Shown here in pieces: positions 23,633 to 36,874 of a stretch of 64,000 nt of DNA (position 1 is the stretch's first letter; every line of letters starts with the position of its first letter). The notes beneath the pieces were generated by a model. That model saw only the letters and a list, made by a program, of their open reading frames with translations, searched no databases and was not told where the DNA came from. Source of the DNA: Eledone cirrhosa (taxonomy: Eukaryota); NCBI GenBank assembly GCA_964016885.1, contig OZ024745.1, positions 100,130,001 to 100,194,000 on the forward strand, in the 5' to 3' direction. A program made the translations under genes and the position numbers.

Positions 23633-24381
23633 CTTTAGTAGTATAAATATAATGAGATACATATGTAATTAATATTTTGATATTCATATATCCAGTGTTA
23701 TCCCAATACAGTAATTTTAGAACCTGAGGTCTAACTTCTGTATCTGCATGATAAAAAAATCGTAGGAATTATTCAAGGATGAAAAGAAACAGAAAGACAA
23801 TGTTTACATTAGTTTAATGCTAAAAGGAAGAAAAAAGAAGAATGCTAAGTATTGTTTCAGATTATGGTCCTTCTTCAAAGCGAGGAAAAGGAAACAGAAC
23901 AGAGAAGAAAGGAAGGGGAAAAAAACACTACACATCACACGTGCATTCCTACATGTAGACATAATATAAACACACATTGCTCCAGACTCACATATGCATA
24001 CTCTCACTGCTATGAATACCATATAGATACACAGACAATTCACTTGTCTATAGTTCCCCATCACTTGTTCTCTTAGCTGTAAAAACTTTTTTCCTCTTTC
24101 TACTCACTATTCATTTCATACCATGCCACCAAACGTGAAATTTCTTTCTTTCCACAAAACATTTTTTCATTATTTTTTTTCTTTGAAGAAGGACCATAGT
24201 TCAAAACATTGGCCACTTTCCAATCATTGTTTTCTTCTTTTCAGCATTAAACTAATATTTTATTTCCACTGTGTATTTGTTTGTTTGGGTGCTGGGACAT
24301 TTATTTGAATAATTATTTTCTTGGGTGTATAATATTTTATATAATATAAATTAGGAGTTTATGACAAAATAGTTTAAGTAG

Positions 24382-24715
24382 ATATAGCTGCATTTAGGGG
24401 CTTTTTTCTCGCCTATTGTTTCTGTTAACTATAAGTATCTATTTTCCTGGTAGGTCAACTAATGCAATACAAATTGAACCTAATGACCTATTATTATAAT
24501 TGTTTCTACTTTAGGCACAAGGCCACCAATTACCCAGTGCATAAAGTACCAGTAATGCACTGGGTAATTGGTGGCCTTGTGCCTAAAGTAGAAACAATTA
24601 TAATAATAGGTCATTAGGTTCAATTTGTATTGCATTAGTTGGCCTACCAGGAAAATAGATACTTATAGTTAACAGAAACAATAGGCGAGAAAAAAGCCCC
24701 TAAATGCAGCTATAT
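24382..24715. repeat. Near-perfect palindrome: 161-bp arms, 12-nt loop, centred on SINE A 3' ends
   Basis: 24382-24542 is the reverse complement of 24555-24715 with one mismatch seen. Confidence 0.95.
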
Positions 24716-25147
24716 GTTTAAATTCAGTAATCTATCTGATTCGTAACAATCTGGAAAAATATCAGTATTTAGTTTTTAAAATATTTTTCAGCTATATTGA
24801 AAGAAAGTATCTTTTAATTCTACAGCAATGATCCTAAACATGCTGGATGAAATAAAAATGAATCATTACATTGATCTTTATGCATCATATCATTAACTAA
24901 TGTGTGCACTTATGTATAAGTTGCACCTTTCTGCAATGAAAATATAATGTAAAAACTAGCGTGACGAATCTACTAATTCAAATCAAGCACTGAGCCAAGG
25001 ATTTTGTATGTAAAACGGAGACACAGGTTATCTACCAGTAGATCTTATAGAAGAGTATATACCATAACTTCTCCAAGTCCCATATTAAATAACTGAAGAA
25101 AATTGTCATTATTATTTAGAATAATATATATTTTAGAAGATACTTAC

Positions 25148-25183
25148 TGGACGTCCAGGCAATCCATCTTTACCTGATGGACC
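25148..25183 (-). CDS. Collagen exon 36 nt: GPSGKDGLPGRP
   Basis: TTTTATTTTCAAG acceptor, GTAAGT donor, 4 triplets. Confidence 0.93.
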
Positions 25184-25237
25184 CTTGAAAATAAAATGAA
25201 AATATTATGAATATATATGTGTGTGTGTGTGTGTATA

Positions 25238-25555
25238 TCATCATCATCATTCATCATCATTTCATTTTACGTCCACTTTTCCCTGCTTGCAAGGGTGGGA
25301 CGGGAACTGATGGTGGGTTGATTTCTACAGCTTGATGCCCTTCCTAACACCAACCTCATTTACAGTGAGTGCTGGGTGCTTTTTGCCGTGGCACCTCCAG
25401 AGCCACTTTGCAGTGGAAACCTTGGTGTGGTTGCCAGTTTAGTCCCCAACGACCCGACCATGGGACAGCTTGTACTGGGATACATCTCATTTCTACAGCT
25501 GAGTAAACTGGAGCAATGTGAAATAACACATCACCCAGTCTGAGAATTGAACTCA
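25238..25555 (-). mobile_element. SINE family B (CORE-type) partial copy
   Basis: Aligns by eye to 30478-30863; (ATG)n tail. Confidence 0.8.
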
Positions 25556-26101
25556 TATATATATATATATATATATATACAAGTTAATATAAATTAATAT
25601 ATGATAAACACATAAGTGTTTGTATTGTAAAAGACGAAGTTAGCTAGAATGAAATAAACTAATTCAAATAAAAATATAGTTTGCCTGTCTCGATTTAAAA
25701 TAATAAATCAATAAAAACAAACCCATATAACATAAATAAAATAAAAATTATTACAATGTAGATATCATGTAGGGAGAGTATACTTTTAATATTCACTTTA
25801 TATAATTCAAAGAAAGACATTTTTAAAAAGAAAATAATTTGAGCTTATGCAATAATTTGAGTTTGTAGAACTTTTGAAACATTGATGTAAATCCATTGGT
25901 TAAATACAAGAAATACTATTTCAGAGGGATCAGCTATATTCTATATCTATTAACATAATTTTTTACTCAATTGCCGCACCTCCACCAAAAATAAAAAATA
26001 AAAATAAAAGAAAATATGATACCAGAAACTAAAAAAGCAAGTAAACTTTAGTTTTAAAAGAATGAGTAGAAATATTTTAAATTTAGTTTAATTAGAAAGG
26101 A

Positions 26102-26286
26102 AATAATTGTTTCTACTTTTGGCACAAGGCCAGCAATTATCCCAGTTCATTACTGGTGCTTTATTTTATCGACCCCATAAGGATGAAAGGCAAAGTTAAC
26201 CTCGGCGGGATTTGAACTCAGACCGGAAAGGGCTGTAAACTCTATGCTGAAAAGCATGGTGTCCAACACTCTACTGATACTGCCAA
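26102..26286 (-). mobile_element. SINE family A copy
   Basis: Same consensus as 46174-46364. Confidence 0.9.
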
Positions 26287-26737
26287 ATAATTGAAATAAC
26301 TTACAAGTCCTATATAAAATATAAAATTGTAAAATATATATCATAGAATACAAAAAAAAAAAGAGATCTTGTTTTTTTTCCATGATATTTATTTATCCAG
26401 AAGAGTTAGTCACAGTGGTAAAAAAACTCTGAGGACAGCAGGTTTTCAGAAAAGAAACCCCACTCAAGCAAGTGTTTCCGTGCTTAAATTTTATTAGTGG
26501 TTTACATCTATGGGAATTTTTTTTAAATTTTCTAATTAAACATTTTTTTTTAACTACAGACTGGCATTCTAGCCTGTGGCTATTTTGGTCCCTTATCAAT
26601 TTAATATTATAAAAACTGCCATCATATGAAGACTGGAAAGACTGGGAATCTATAAATGGATTGTTTTGAATTCATTCATAAAAGCTCAAAACATATATAA
26701 AAAAGGCATAACAAAAGCAAACAAACACAATACTTAC

Positions 26738-26764
26738 AGGTGGGCCACGTGGACCAACAGGACC
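26738..26764 (-). CDS. Collagen exon 27 nt: GPVGPRGPP
   Basis: TATTTTTATAG acceptor, GTAAGT donor, 3 triplets. Confidence 0.93.
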
Positions 26765-28234
26765 CTATAAAATAATAGGAAATGTTAACACTTTTTTATT
26801 GAGTAAAATATTATAATTTAAATTAACTTCAATTTGTTCAAAAAGGATTTGGTACACAAAAAACAAAGCATCCTTCTCTTTTATATTTATGAAAATAAAA
26901 TCTGAATGATTAGTGTTGACTTTAAAATAACAAAATATTGATTTGCCATACACACACACACACACACATATATATACACATACATATATGGCAATTCACT
27001 TTTGGTCGTTTTATTCTTGGTGTCACACTTCATTAACTTTTTGTGTTTACTCTGGGTGAAAATGTATTTATTTCTCATAACATTGAGTGCTTTCATGACT
27101 GCCTTAAACAATTCGGTGAGTATTTGCTATAGTGCAGCTGCAACGTCGATTTATACCCATTATTATATATATATATATTTATATATATAATTATTGTTAT
27201 TATTCCGTAATTCAATATTACAACCAAGAGAGAGAAAAGCAAAGACATGCATTTCGTTGAACATAAAATTTATTATATAAATGCATTTTGACTCATCTAC
27301 TATATCCAGTTAAATCTATTGCTCTATACTCTATACACTACTTGCCCTCTTAAGGAGGAGATCTATTTTGCCTGTATTCAATAACCCACCATCTACATCA
27401 CACAATCTCTCACTCATCTACACCTCTCTACAACTACTGTCACTACTCCATCATCTATTACCATTGACACACTCATTATAAATTATCTCTCTACTTCTCT
27501 CTCACCACTCTATAATTACATCTAACTCATATCACAATACCTCTGTGACAGGGGAATGCATCAGATACCTATCAACATTAACCAACATCATCATTCTCTC
27601 TCTTCATTCTTTTGGGAATCTTCATTTGACATTTACCTCTTACCTATCTTCATATACCATAACCATCATCATTTATTTCTTCCCCATGAAACTTAGTTAG
27701 CATCTGCAACTAACACCATCACACTTCTCTGTTGCTATCCACCATTAACTATCTTCTACCATGATAAGCTTTGCTCAACCTTCCTCCTACTAGCATCCAA
27801 TCATATAGTAACCATTGTCCCATTCTAATACTTTCCCATTCTTAATCATATTCATACACTATCCTCATTTAACATCTTGGGCATCACTCCATTTCAAATT
27901 ATGGTTTCATGCACTTGGAAGAATGGAGTCAATATAGACTGGAGAGGATTCTTTTGTCCTGTAGGGGCAAGGCAGCTTCTCTGGTGTTGACCCTCTGATG
28001 AAATGTATCCAGTACATTCTGTAAATTGGTTGGTGTTAAGAAGGGCATCTAGCCATAAAAACCATGCCAAAATGGAGAGAGAGTCGGTTTCTTGGAATTT
28101 ACACAACATCAACTAGGTAGATATGTATGCATGTCTGCATGCATGCATGTGTAGATATGGATGTTATTGTATGTGTGGATGTGTATGCTTTGAGTTGTAT
28201 GTATGCATGTGTATATGCAGTTATTAGATGCAAC

Positions 28235-28725
28235 ATTTTTGGAATGTTTTACATATTGTTACTGTTCCATTAATGGATTGTACTTGTAATTTCCTAACTA
28301 GTTGTGTTCTTTCTGTTCCTGTGAAGCCCAGCTTCTCAAGATTTGTATTGAGGCAGTTACTAACATATCCCAGTGCCCCAATAATCACAGGCATAAATCT
28401 GGGTGGAGTATCTGCAGATTTCTCATCAGTTCTGCATAAATATTCTCCTTATATCTTTGATATTATATTGGCATGCCTTCTTTTCTCTGTCCCATATCAT
28501 AATATGTGGTCTGTTATGCCTGCATTTTATTGGGGTTTTTACTGGAACATTCCACCAGTACTATTTCATATTATGTATATGTATGTCTTCCGCATTGCTG
28601 TAGCTTTTAATGTGTTTATTATCGGGGCTATCTTTTCTACGGATTGCATTGTACAGTGTTTTGCCCACTACATGATGCTTCATAGGTAGATAGTACCGTG
28701 ATGACATCTTTGGACAGCATGTATG
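28235..28725 (-). mobile_element. R4/Dong-like non-LTR retrotransposon 3' fragment (restriction-like endonuclease)
   Basis: CPKMSSRYYLPMKHHVVGKTLY (RHD-type motif), WWNVPVKTPIKCRHNRPHIMIWDREKKAC (NRPD motif), FMPVIIGALG. Confidence 0.82.
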
Positions 28726-29360
28726 TATGTACGGACGTTTTTCATCACGCAGGGTGTCAAAATTCGCCCTCCTCACCAAGCATTGGGGTGAAAAACAAAA
28801 CCCATAAATGGGCGGAGTAACTCAAGAGAGTCAACGGCCATCCAATAAGGTTTTTTTTTTGTGGAGCGAGAGACTCCTAGTCTTCATTAGCACATTTCTC
28901 TCTAGGAGAAGGTCACTCTGATATAAAACCTGCGACTTCATTTGCATCCAATGATGTACACCATTTCTTCTTTTTGGGCAAATGCATTCAATATTCAGAG
29001 AGTGGGATTGGCCATGTGCAAAGCCTTTCCTCACTTAAAAAAGCTTTAAACACAAGCATCGCTTGATATGTGACATTTTTTGCGATGCATGGTATTGCTG
29101 ACCATAGACAAGTCCCTAGCCAGGTCTGTGATGCTCATGCTTTAGTATCAAGTGATGGTATTACTCGAAATCGAGTTGCAGCCATCATCATCATGTATGT
29201 ATGTATCTACATATGTATGTAGGCAAGAATACTTAGAACAATTTGTGATGCATGTCCTAGAGAATATATTGTAATATTTATAAACATAAATTATTGCATG
29301 AATATTTTTAAGTCACAAAGTTTTATAAAAGTTTAAATAGAAATAAAAAGAAAATATTAC

Positions 29361-29459
29361 TGGTTCTCCTGGCGCACCAGTTAATCCATCAAATCCTGGT
29401 AGACCTGGTGTACCTTTAGGACCAGGAGGACCAGGACGTCCCGCATCACCAGGTTCACC
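29361..29459 (-). CDS. Collagen exon 99 nt: GEPGDAGRPGPPGPKGTPGLPGFDGLTGAPGEP
   Basis: ACTTTCAG acceptor, GTAATA donor, 11 triplets. Confidence 0.96.
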
Positions 29460-29858
29460 CTGAAAGTTTAAAATGGAAGCAAAAATTATATTTTAATTTG
29501 AAAATAAAAACAAAAATTTACTTAATTTATTACAATTTAGTTTTAAGTTTTAGAAATAAGCTAATTATAATTTTTATCAAATTCAAACCAATCAAGACTT
29601 CATTAAAAAATATTTAATGAGTGTATAAACTCAATAAGGAAAAATTAAATTAAATTTTTCATCAGTATATACAGTATCTTTCTCAACAATAGTACAAAAT
29701 ACATAAAATTGATTATATATTATTATATAAAATTACCTGGTAAAATTAGACTCTTGGGACACAAGATATAACATGTTTATATTTTGAATGCCTATATACT
29801 GAATATTAAGTCTTGACTCTCAAAATGAAATTAAATTTACTCAAATATTATAACTTAA

Positions 29859-30079
29859 CCCTTTAGCATTTAAACTGGCTGTATCCAGCCAGAATTCTCT
29901 CGCTTCTTTCTGTTCAAACCAGCTTTAACCAGCCACTCATACAGATGTTAAGGTATTGTTCCCAAAATAAATAATATCAAAATCTCATAGATTCGATATT
30001 ATGTGAGATAATTATGAGAGGTAAAGCCTTTACCACGAAAATATAATAGAATATATAGAGTAATGTAAATGTTAAGGGG
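29859..30079. mobile_element. piggyBac-derived MITE (opposite orientation to 8439)
   Basis: TTAA-CCCTTTAGCATTT ... AAATGTTAAGGGG-TTAA. Confidence 0.85.
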
Positions 30080-30477
30080 TTAAAATGCAGTTTAATTATA
30101 TTCTATTCTCATTTAGATATTTATTTTGTTTATAATTCAAAAAGGACTCTTGGTATTGGAAGGTCAAAAATCTATGATGGATAATTACAGTATCATGATA
30201 TTTGAAACAAAGCAATTAAGACTGAACTTTGTCAATATAAGAAATATGAAATAAGAAAAATTACAGTGTGAAGTACAATGATGTTTTAGAAAGAAAATGC
30301 ATGCTAAATGAAAATATTTCAGATTCATAATCTCAATTTTTTAAGAGATTATATATTAGTTCATCATAAATAGACAGGCAAATGGATATGCAGTAGCAAA
30401 AATACAATGATCTAAAGAAAGAAATATAATAGGTTGTTTTGGTATAGGATTAAAGTATTCAGAACTACATTTACTAT

Positions 30478-30863
30478 CATCATTTCATTTCATTTTACGT
30501 CTGCTTTTCCCTGCTTGCAAGGGTGGGGCAGGAACTGATACTGGCTTGATTTCTATAGCTGGATGCCCTTCCTAACACCAACGTCATTTACAGTGAGTGC
30601 TGGGTGCTTTTTTTCTGTGGCGCCTACACGTCCACTTTACAGTGTGGGCTTGGTGCTTTTTTGCCGTGGCACCTCCACGACCACTTTGTAGTGGAATGAT
30701 AGGGACCCCAGTCCTATCATCTCATTTCTACAGCTGAGTAAACTGGAGCAATGTGAAATAAAGTGTCTTGCTCAAGGAAACAACACATCACCCGGTCTGA
30801 GAATTGAACTCACAACCTTTCGATTGCAAAGCCAATGCTCTAACCACTAAGCCATGTGCCTCC
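30478..30863 (-). mobile_element. Full-length tRNA-derived SINE family B with CORE-like domain
   Basis: Head GGAGGCACATGGCTTAGTGGTTAGAGC..GAGTTCAATTC, CORE-like TCCTTGAGCAAGACACTT..CTCCAGTTTACTCAGCTGTAGAAATG, TTACTAT TSD at 30471 and 30864. Confidence 0.85.
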
Positions 30864-31365
30864 TTACTATATGTAAAGTAAATTGTGCCAAAAGTAGAAA
30901 CAACTATATGTAAAGTAAATGGACTTTCATTTGTTTTGTTGTTTGAACAATAGAATAACCTACTTGTTAATTGTAAGTGGCTGAGTACTCCACAGACACA
31001 TGTACTCCTAATGTAATTCCCACAGAGATTCAGTTTAATAAAGTGAGGGATAAGAAAGGCCATTTGAATTACAAGTATAGATCATCTAAAGGGCTTCCAA
31101 ACAGTTTCTGTGTCTACACAATTTCACAGCCAAGGCTTGTCTTGACTTATGAGGGGCCACACAGTAGAATTGAAACCGGAGCCTTATGATTATGAAGCAA
31201 ACTTCTTAAGCATTTGGCTATATTGTGTCAAGTATTTAAATGTAATTTATTTTTATTTTCGTTTTTATTATTAATCTGCCAAAATGTAGTAAGAAAATTA
31301 ATTAAATAAGGAAAGAGAAAATTGAAATAAAGTTAACAATAAGTAAAAAAAAAATATTGAAAAAT

Positions 31366-31574
31366 ATTGGTTTCTTATATAGGTACAAGGCCAGCAATTG
31401 TGGGGAGGGGGAAAGGCGATTAAATCGACCCCAGTGCATGATTGGTATTTTATCGACCCCTGTAAGGATGAAAGGCAAAGTTAACCTCGGCGGAATTTGA
31501 ACTCAGATCATAAAGGGCCGTAACTCTATGTTGCAAAGCATGGTGTCTGACCCTCTACCGATACTGCCAATCCA
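31366..31574 (-). mobile_element. SINE family A copy (longer variant)
   Basis: Same head and central domain. Confidence 0.88.
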
Positions 31575-31615
31575 ATATTGTATAATAAATATACTGCAAA
31601 AATAAATTGTTCAGA

Positions 31616-31975
31616 TTTTCTTCTTTGCCCACTTATTCCTGGGAGGGTCATGGAGACAGAGTCCTGAAACACTCCTTCCAGTGGGTCCTGTCAGAGGCAA
31701 CCGTCTCCAATTGATCCGGCTGGATCCCCAAGCAAGACCAGCTGAGCTAATGGATGTTATCCAACCATCTTGCTCACAATCTACCCCTGGGTCTCCTGCC
31801 AGTTGGTTTTGCTTGTAAAATCTATCCAGTGATTCTTTCCTGAGACATTCTAACCACATGCCCATAGTATCGGAGCAGGGATGTCTCAATTCAGAGAAGT
31901 AGTGGCTCTACCTGGCGTGACACTCTGATCTCTGAGCTATGCACATTATCAAGTAACATTACTCCAAAGACCCTA
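31616..31975 (-). mobile_element. RTE-clade LINE 3' fragment
   Basis: Homologous to 235-417 and 14691-15020 (GHVVRMSQERITG..PTGRRPRGR..WLDNIH). Confidence 0.82.
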
Positions 31976-32601
31976 ATTTATATGAGAGATAAAGTTAGAC
32001 CATCGAAGTGCAGTATCATTCTGGTTTTGTAGAAAATTCTTGTAACCAATTGTTAAGAGTCGTGATGTCTGATTGTTACAATGTTACAATACAAATGTAT
32101 ATTATTCTGTAAATAGGACTTTTAAGAGTACATGTGTAGTGTATATGCAATTGTCTTAATAGGTTATTAAAAGGGTTGGCACCAAGAAGGACAGCTGGCC
32201 ATAAAAAATTGCTTCTAAAAGAACCACATGATGAGTATGAAGTCTGTCATGGAGCCCACAAGGTTGATCCTTGCTTCAGCAGGGAAAATGACCTAAAATG
32301 TTTGCTGCTGTTTTTTTCATAAGCAATGATACTGCAGAAATGATACAATGAATATTTGGTATCAAAATTAATATATTAAGACTGTATAGTAATTTACTCA
32401 AAGCAGATATAATCATGCAATAGAAGTAAGATACATGCTTTAAGTAAATCTAAATCTATTTATATATATTTTGGAAATGTTTAAAAATTTTAATACAAAT
32501 AAACAGTTACATGCACTTGAATGAAAAACAATATACAAAGCACCTAGTAGCAACTTTCAAATGAGAAATACAAAGAAACGTTCAGAGGCATTTTTATATT
32601 C

Positions 32602-32634
<33 letters not shown>

Positions 32635-33504
32635 TATATATATACATATATACACACAAAATGTATTATTTATGTTCATACATGGAACAAATACTATGTT
32701 AAGGTAACAAAACATATTTAATATGTATGATGATCGTGTTTCTCAATAAATAAGCTCAATGGAGCATCAAATTATTTAAATTTAAAAGATATGTGTAGAA
32801 ACACAGCATTTTGTACACATATATAAGCAAAAAAGTCGTTTTTCCACATAGCACTGTTTCATAGACCAAAAAATGAAACAAAACCATCGATCTAAGTAAT
32901 TGATTACCAACTATTGGGTTTGGTAAAGCACTGAATGACAAGATCTAATTGTCACAGGAATTTAGAGCTGGTAATTAATAATTGATTACGTAGATCGATG
33001 GTTTTGCTTTGTTCTTTGGCCTATGAAACAACATAGTATGGAAAAAATGACTTTTTACCATCTTAAAATATGTATATTTTCCTGTATATTATTTGCTCTC
33101 TATATATGTGTAGAAATGATATATATATACATACACACACATGCACGAAAGTGTACACTGCGTTCAACAGACATATGTGAAAAACAAAAAGGAAAAACAA
33201 AAACCCAAAACAATCTTACTGAACGAAAAATAATCTTGTTAATTACATAATAGGCCTTCAAAGCAAATCACCTCTTTGTATATTGTCTCTAGGCATAACA
33301 TCTATAAAATGGTACTTCAATGATGTAAAAGCTGTATTTGAAGATCCAAGATATAAAAGAAAATTCTAGACTCTATTCAATACAAAATATATCATTTCGT
33401 ATCTATGTTATTATGAGAATACAGCCAGTTTTGTAATTCTTGCTACTTTACATCACTTCAAACATCTTCCATTTTTTCTTCTGCAATATCAATATGACTA
33501 CGCA

Positions 33505-34130
33505 CTCATCATCATCATCGTTTAACGTCTATCTTCCACGCTAGCATGGGTTAGATGGGAATTGTCCCACTTGATGCAAGATTGGTCGGGTGACTGTGTT
33601 TTGCTCGTATAGGACTAGCTGGCAGGTTTTCTACGGATGCCCTCCCTAACACCAACCACATTTACAGTGTGGACTGGGAGCTTTTTACCATGTTACTTAC
33701 ATAGCCACATTACAGCGTGGACTGTGTGTTTTTTGTCGTGACACCTACACAACCTCATTAGTTTGGACTGGATGTTGTGGTACCAACATAACTTTACAGA
33801 GAAAGGGTGGTGTTGGTGGGAGTGGGAGGATGGAGTAGGGGTAGTGGGTTGGGGTGTATATTTGGTTAAGAGATGCCTACTGACTGTAGGTTTCGCTTTG
33901 TACATTATTGCGTGGAGCCAAAGATCTCGGTCCAGTGACATTGTCTTAGAGAGGTGCAAGTGTGTAAGGTCAGAATTTATCAAATCGTCCCAGGTTTTTC
34001 TGGGTCTACCTACTCTGTAACTTCCATCAATTTTGATCGCCCTGCACTTTTTTTATACAGCTGTCGTCTTTCATGCGCATAACGTGCAATAAACAGCAAC
34101 TGATCCCTCTTATTCCTAATTTCTCACTTA
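33505..34130 (-). mobile_element. RTE-like LINE 3' end with SINE-B-like tail
   Basis: GRPRKTWDDLINSDLTHLHLSKTMSLDRDLW followed by a 3' region shared with 60785-61190 and an (ATG)n tail. Confidence 0.72.
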
Positions 34131-34655
34131 GTTCATTTATGTTTTGCCATTTGCATATATATTGATGAATGCTGCTGCTTAAAAAAAGACTAATACAGAT
34201 ATTTGATTTTTGGTAGTAAAAGTGTTTTTTGCCAATTTTCTTTTTAATAGCTTGGCTTTATAGGCATTTCTACCTTGGGATCTAGCTAAAAGAATGTATA
34301 ACCATTTAATTGGACTATAACATTAAAGCATTTAGTGAAACTATTTATATAAACAATTGGTGATGCCATATATAAATAAGAGTTATAATAAGAGACAACT
34401 TAAAACCAGCATTTAAAAGGCCGTGATGCCTTATTTTGGCCATAAATATATATTTTAAAGTAATTGGGAAAGTCTTTTTATTTTTAAGAATCCTGGTTAA
34501 TTGACGATGATGATGAATTTTAATGATCTTAAATAATTAAATAATTATATGACATTACAGCTATATCAATGCATAGAAATGTCCAATTCCATTTCAAAAT
34601 TATACTGGATATATATTTTTTAAAGTTGCTTAAAGTAGTTAAAGTATCTATTTAC

Positions 34656-34727
34656 CTTTAATTCAATAATTCTTATTTCTGCATCTTCCCCAAGAGCACC
34701 TGGTAAGCCTTTGGGGCCACGGTCACC
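34656..34727 (-). CDS. Collagen exon 72 nt with helix interruption: GDRGPKGLPGALGEDAEIRIIELK
   Basis: TATTGTTAG acceptor, AAG|GTAAAT donor, 5 triplets plus 9 non-collagenous residues, phase 0. Confidence 0.9.
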
Positions 34728-35406
34728 CTAACAATACATGCAAAACAAACTGAAGATTAAAACATGCACATTCGTTCTACTTAAATATTTCCTGGATTAA
34801 GACTAAAGCAGAACTAAAAATACAAATAAAACAACAGAAATGAAAATAAAAATAAATGAATGCAGTTAATATTTTCCAATCATGCTTGATTTTGAGAAAT
34901 ATGAATCTGAAAGTGAAAAAAAGAATGTAGCATTCTGTCTAAAATCAACTCATTTTTTGAATTCTAGATTATAAGAACAACCAGTCATTGAAACTTGTAT
35001 TACAAGTAACTGTATTTATTCATATGAGATAATCTATGTATAGATGTCTGGCATTAGATAATGTTTAGCCACTGGAGACCCTGCTCCAGCCGAGCTGGCA
35101 ACAGGATATTACCCATGGTCAGTCTTGACCGAAGGATGCCTTAATAGATAATGTTTATAACCTGTAAAGTATTTACAAACATGTCTACAATTTATATATG
35201 TGTATATTTTTTCCATTTTTTCCTCTTCTCCCCCTTTATCTTTCTATTTCTTCTTTTATTTCTCATTTTATTTTCTGATGAAGGACTAGTGTTCAAAATT
35301 CTAAGATTCCTTTTCTACTATATCATGCATTAAACTAATATATTTCTTCATTGAACCATATTGTTCGCTTTGTTGTTTCCATTTACTTTTCGCATATATA
35401 TATATA

Positions 35407-35680
35407 TTAGAAAGTGAACAACAATATATAACTATTCCATTACCTAAAGTTTCAGGACTCTAGACAATATTAACATACGTCTAGATCGTTCATCAGACAA
35501 TGTATATTTTCCATTAGCTTTCCAGCCTCACTCCCAATTTTAACAGATTTTCAATGTCATTTCGTATTTTCATTTCATAACCTCTCTGTCTGATGAATGA
35601 TCTAGATGTATGTTAATATTGTCTAAAGTCCTAAAACCTTTGGTAATGGAGTAGTTATATATTGTGTTGTTCACTTTCTA
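35407..35680. mobile_element. Penelope-like pseudo-LTR fold-back with degenerate hammerhead ribozyme cores
   Basis: About 93-bp imperfect inverted arms next to (TA)n/(CA)n; CTGATGA-hairpin-GAAAC..GTA on minus 35435-35502 and a decayed version on plus 35584-35651. Confidence 0.6.
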
Positions 35681-35745
35681 ATTAAATAGCTCTGTTCTAT
35701 ACATAGAGCACTATTTTTCCTTTGCTTTTTCTTTGGAAATACTTA

Positions 35746-35781
<36 letters not shown>

Positions 35782-36841
35782 TATGGTTCCAATGAGAGCA
35801 GGGTATGGCCAACTGACAAGCCTGCCCTACCTCATAACGGGGCCATCCAGTTCCACACTGTAACCATGTTTGCTGTTAGGGAAGGGCATTCAGGTGTAAA
35901 AATCCCAGCCAATTTACAGTTCCATCTGAGCAAGGTACAGCATGGCCAACTGGTGAGACTTGTCTCATGATATGGGAGGCCCACTTAACCCATGCAAGCA
36001 TGGAAAGATAGATGTTATATATATATATATATATATATATATAAGAAAATGAGTTGGCTTTTTAAATGAAAAAATAAAAAAACGAGATGTCCTACACGAG
36101 TGAAAGTATAAGGAAAAGAAACCAAAAATGCAACTGGAGTCTTTTTAAGAATATTTATTTGATTCCTTTACTGGTTTCATAGTTCTTATGCTTTTCAAAA
36201 GTAGAATTGAGATGGAGGGTTTGTGTTTTTTCTCGCATCAGATTCAGACAATGTCTTATATGAATTCTAGCAAGTCAAATGACTCTGTAGAAGCTCTCTC
36301 ATTGCCTTAGTCTCATAATCTAATATTTATTGTTGGCGATTAGGCACACATTAACCCTGAATGAATAAACTAAAGGCATTCCAGTTGTAACCATTCTATC
36401 ATTATCTAATGTTTTGATTTGCATAATCTGAGGAATGTTTAACTGCTGATTTTGATAAACTCAGTGACCACAATAATTGTAAAATAATGCTTGAGTGGCC
36501 TAGATTTCTACAAGGAAAAACAGCACAGAATAAATGCAAGGATGACTCTTTCCTATCCCATATTTTCAGCATACTTAAATAACGTGAGAATTCAGTTTTC
36601 CTTAATGCACTAGAATCTGTTCACTCTAACTGTGAATCTATTGTCTATAGTAGTTATGTTTTAGTAGGAGCCAATCCCACTATAAATTAACATTCATTCA
36701 CATGTGCTTTAATGATTCTCTTCTGAATGTATTTCGATTGACATTGACATGTATATATATATATATGCAACACTGAACTAAATTTTGCTTTTCAATGACG
36801 GCAAGGATCAAATGGACTTCTTGGGGGAGAGTTTTACAGCC

Positions 36842-36874
<33 letters not shown>

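Noticed and set aside
28228-28689. 153-aa plus-strand ORF
   Set aside because: Antisense shadow of the R4-like retrotransposon fragment
30790-30863. tRNA gene call for SINE heads (also at 55546 and 46364)
   Set aside because: They run into SINE bodies with tails and TSDs and lack a closed acceptor stem
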